A DNA stretch of 63,866 nt, the filler included. It is 5 parts of 5 records of this genome, joined end to end, with 100 filler letters (N's around TTAATTAATTAA, not from the genome) between each part and the next. Parts side by side here need not be neighbours in the genome. Positions count along the whole stretch, not along the records: positions 58,810 to 63,866 come from SRR31156797_1472; 4 more parts are not named here. One strand, given 5' to 3'. Position numbers and translations under genes: made by a program. Positions 61,525 through 63,866 of this stretch are shown piece by piece (the first letter of the stretch is position 1; every line of letters begins with the position of its first letter). The notes beneath the pieces are model-generated. The model searched no databases, was not told where the DNA came from, and saw nothing but the letters and a program-made list of their open reading frames with translations.

Positions 61525-62421
61525 ATGATAGTAGGATTCGGAGGCGCCACACTCGATCATATCCACGGTATATCCCACTGGCCCGGCATCGATGAGACCA
61601 GCTATATCAAGGGCAGCCGGAGCAAGCCCGGCGGGATGGTTCTGAGCGCCCTCTTCGCGGCGGCGAAGCTGGGGGCGACGGCCGCCTTCAAGGGGGCCCT
61701 GGGAGATGATGACGAAGGGCGGCTGATGCTCTCCCTGATGGAAGAGAGAGGGGTGGACGGCTCGGGCTGCTTCATTCTGGAGGGGGAGAGCACCCCCTTC
61801 AGCCAGGTCATGGTCGATCCCGAAGGGCACCGCAACATCTTCCACTGCCGGGGGGTGAGAAACAGGGATCATCACGACGCCCTCTCCTTCCCCCGCCTAG
61901 AGGATGCGGATTTCCTGCTGCTGGACGGGAGCTGGATCGAGAACGCCCTGATCTGGGCGGACGAGGCCCGGCGGCGCGGGATTCCCATCCTTCTCGATCT
62001 GAGTCCCAATAACCGGCACCGTCTCCGGGACGAGCTGATCCATCTCTGTGACTATCCCGTACTTCCCGAGATGCTGGCGCAGAAGATCAGCGGACAGGAT
62101 GAACCCGCGGCTCAGGCCGAGAGCCTTTCCATGCGCTACGGGAGGCGCATGATCGTCACCGCCGGGGAGCGGGGCGTTTTCTGGCACGATGAAAGGGAGG
62201 GGGGGCGGCATCTTCCGGCCTTCAAGGTGAAGGCCGTGGATACCAACGGAGCCGGTGACAGCTTCCACGGCGCCCTGGCTTTCGCCTTAAGGGAGGGAAT
62301 GGAGCTGGAGCCGGCCCTGAGGACCGCCATGGCCGTGGCGGCCATCAAATGCACAGGCCACGGTCAGGAAAGGCTTCCCGACCGGGATCAGGTCAGCTCC
62401 TTTCTGGATAGCCGGAGCTGA
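61525..62421 (+). CDS. PfkB-family carbohydrate kinase
   Basis: PGG, GALGDD, VTAGERG, VDTNGAGDSFHG; AAGGAG RBS before ATG 61525. Confidence 0.9.
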   Translation: MIVGFGGATLDHIHGISHWPGIDETSYIKGSRSKPGGMVLSALFAAAKLGATAAFKGALGDDDEGRLMLSLMEERGVDGSGCFILEGESTPFSQVMVDPEGHRNIFHCRGVRNRDHHDALSFPRLEDADFLLLDGSWIENALIWADEARRRGIPILLDLSPNNRHRLRDELIHLCDYPVLPEMLAQKISGQDEPAAQAESLSMRYGRRMIVTAGERGVFWHDEREGGRHLPAFKVKAVDTNGAGDSFHGALAFALREGMELEPALRTAMAVAAIKCTGHGQERLPDRDQVSSFLDSRS

Positions 62422-62462
62422 GGCTGACGGGGCTCAGCTCCGGCTCTGTGAATCCCCGGGAG

Positions 62463-63866
62463 CTATCCGGCCAGTCTCTCGGGAGCTCCCTTCTTCTCCT
62501 TTTCCGGATCCTTTCCGGGGAAGTCGTTCCTGTCCTCCGTGTGCATCCACTTTTTATTCCTGAAACGGATGAAGAGGATGGTGCCGAATATGGCGAAAGA
62601 GATGATCTCGCCATACCAGAGGCCGGGGATGCCGCTTGCCATCCGGATGACGAATATATAGGCCAGGGGAACGAAGATCAGCCAGAGCCGGCTGACGGTT
62701 ATGATCATCACGCTCCGCGTGTCCCCCGCTCCCCTGAGGGCTCCGGCCATAACGATATTGAAGTTCAAACCAATCTGATTGAGGGCGAGGAGGATCATGG
62801 TTCCCAATGCGGCTCCAATCAGCTCCGGGTCGCTTGAGAACAGAAGCAGGATGCCTTCGGGGAAGAGGAGAAAGACGGCTCCTATGACGACTCCCCAGAG
62901 GGCGCCCATGGCCGATGAGATGTACCCGGTTTCCATCGCCTTTTCCCTGTCCCTCTCTCCCAGGGCCTTCCCGACCAGGGTGGCCGCGGCGATGGCCATG
63001 CCCACGGCGGGCATAAAGGAGAGGGACTCTATCTGTATCAGTACCCGGAAGGCCGCCTCAGAGGCTGTGTCCAGGCGGGATATGATCACTCCCATGACCA
63101 GGAAGCTCAGCTGCATAAGGCCCTGTTCGACGGCCCCGGGAAGGCTTATGCGCCACAGAGGGCCCAGTATGGCTTTATCGAAGAAGAGGCGGAACCGCAG
63201 CCTGATACGGGAGGGCCTGACGTACAGCACATGGATATAGATCAGCATTCCCAGGATGCGGGAGCCCGAGGTGGCCCATGCCGCGCCGGCGATCCCCAGT
63301 GAAGGGAGGGGCCCTGCGCCTTTTATAAGCAGGTAATTGCCGATGATGTTGACGCCGTTGGCGATACCCGTCACCACCATGGGGGTGACCGTATCCCCCG
63401 CTCCCCGCAGTATGGCCGCGAAGGCGAAGCTGAGGAACATGGGGATGAAACCGATCAGGATGATCCTGAAATAGAGCAGGCTGCCCGCATAGATCTCGGG
63501 GGTCGTATCGAACAGGCCCAGCAGCCGACCCGCAGCGGGTACGGTCAGACCCAGAATGGCCAGGGCGATGACCAGGTTCAGGATGACGTTCTGCTGGGCT
63601 ATCCTTCTGAGCCGGGGAAAGTCCCCCTCTCCCAGCCGGCGGGAGATCAGGGCTACGGCGCCTGTGTTGAAGGAGGAGAAAACGAAGATCAGGACGAAGA
63701 TGATCTGGTTGGCGAATCCCACGGCCGCCAGGGCTTCGGTTCCCACCATTCGGCTGATCATGATGGTGTCGCTCACGCCCAGCATGGTGTTCAGGGCCAT
63801 CTCGCCTATGGCCGGAAGGGACATGGCTATGATGCTGAGGATGAGGGCTTTTCTGCTGCGTAAGAA
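62463..63866 (-). CDS. MATE family efflux transporter (frame open to window end)
   Basis: DTIMISR, duplicated LRGAGDT, GIAGAAWAT; no stop between 63824 and 63866. Confidence 0.9.
   Translation of the reverse strand, partial: FLRSRKALILSIIAMSLPAIGEMALNTMLGVSDTIMISRMVGTEALAAVGFANQIIFVLIFVFSSFNTGAVALISRRLGEGDFPRLRRIAQQNVILNLVIALAILGLTVPAAGRLLGLFDTTPEIYAGSLLYFRIILIGFIPMFLSFAFAAILRGAGDTVTPMVVTGIANGVNIIGNYLLIKGAGPLPSLGIAGAAWATSGSRILGMLIYIHVLYVRPSRIRLRFRLFFDKAILGPLWRISLPGAVEQGLMQLSFLVMGVIISRLDTASEAAFRVLIQIESLSFMPAVGMAIAAATLVGKALGERDREKAMETGYISSAMGALWGVVIGAVFLLFPEGILLLFSSDPELIGAALGTMILLALNQIGLNFNIVMAGALRGAGDTRSVMIITVSRLWLIFVPLAYIFVIRMASGIPGLWYGEIISFAIFGTILFIRFRNKKWMHTEDRNDFPGKDPEKEKKGAPERLAG

Noticed and set aside
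58836-63240. Many overlapping 60-190 aa ORFs in the GC-rich contig, and antisense ORFs inside large genes elsewhere
   Set aside because: Shadow ORFs overlapping well-supported genes, with no recognisable motifs.

Overview
This window is not one locus. It is five unrelated contigs joined by artificial 100-nt spacers (44 N + TTAATTAATTAA + 44 N) at 19760-19859, 38772-38871, 44502-44601 and 58710-58809, so adjacency across spacers has no biological meaning. Contig 1 (1-19759; very AT-rich, Shine-Dalgarno-led, chemotactic anaerobe) carries a tightly packed minus-strand four-gene unit: an oversized glycyl radical enzyme with a ~200-aa, probably SCP2-like N-terminal extension; its radical-SAM activase; a 2286-aa Ser/Thr kinase-ATPase-GAF-PAS-His kinase-REC-HPt hybrid; and a REC-GGDEF diguanylate cyclase. 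Two chemoreceptors flank this unit. Contigs 2-4 look like Bacteroidota (TonB receptor, T9SS cargo, PorV-like protein, WG repeats, DUF3127, few SD sites). Contig 2 has a GATase-MscS-(ATP-grasp + degenerate M20) operon. Contig 3 looks like an integron-type cassette array with attC-like sites, including a large primase-helicase plus Schlafen/AlbA cassette. Contig 4 has a dyad-symmetric 21-bp-phased AATCA array upstream of an uncharacterised, internally duplicated helical protein. Contig 5 (GC-rich) has an ABC-F gene behind a uORF and an RBS-sequestering leader. I found no rRNA, tRNA, CRISPR array, transposase or integrase. All calls come from motif reading; no database searches were run.
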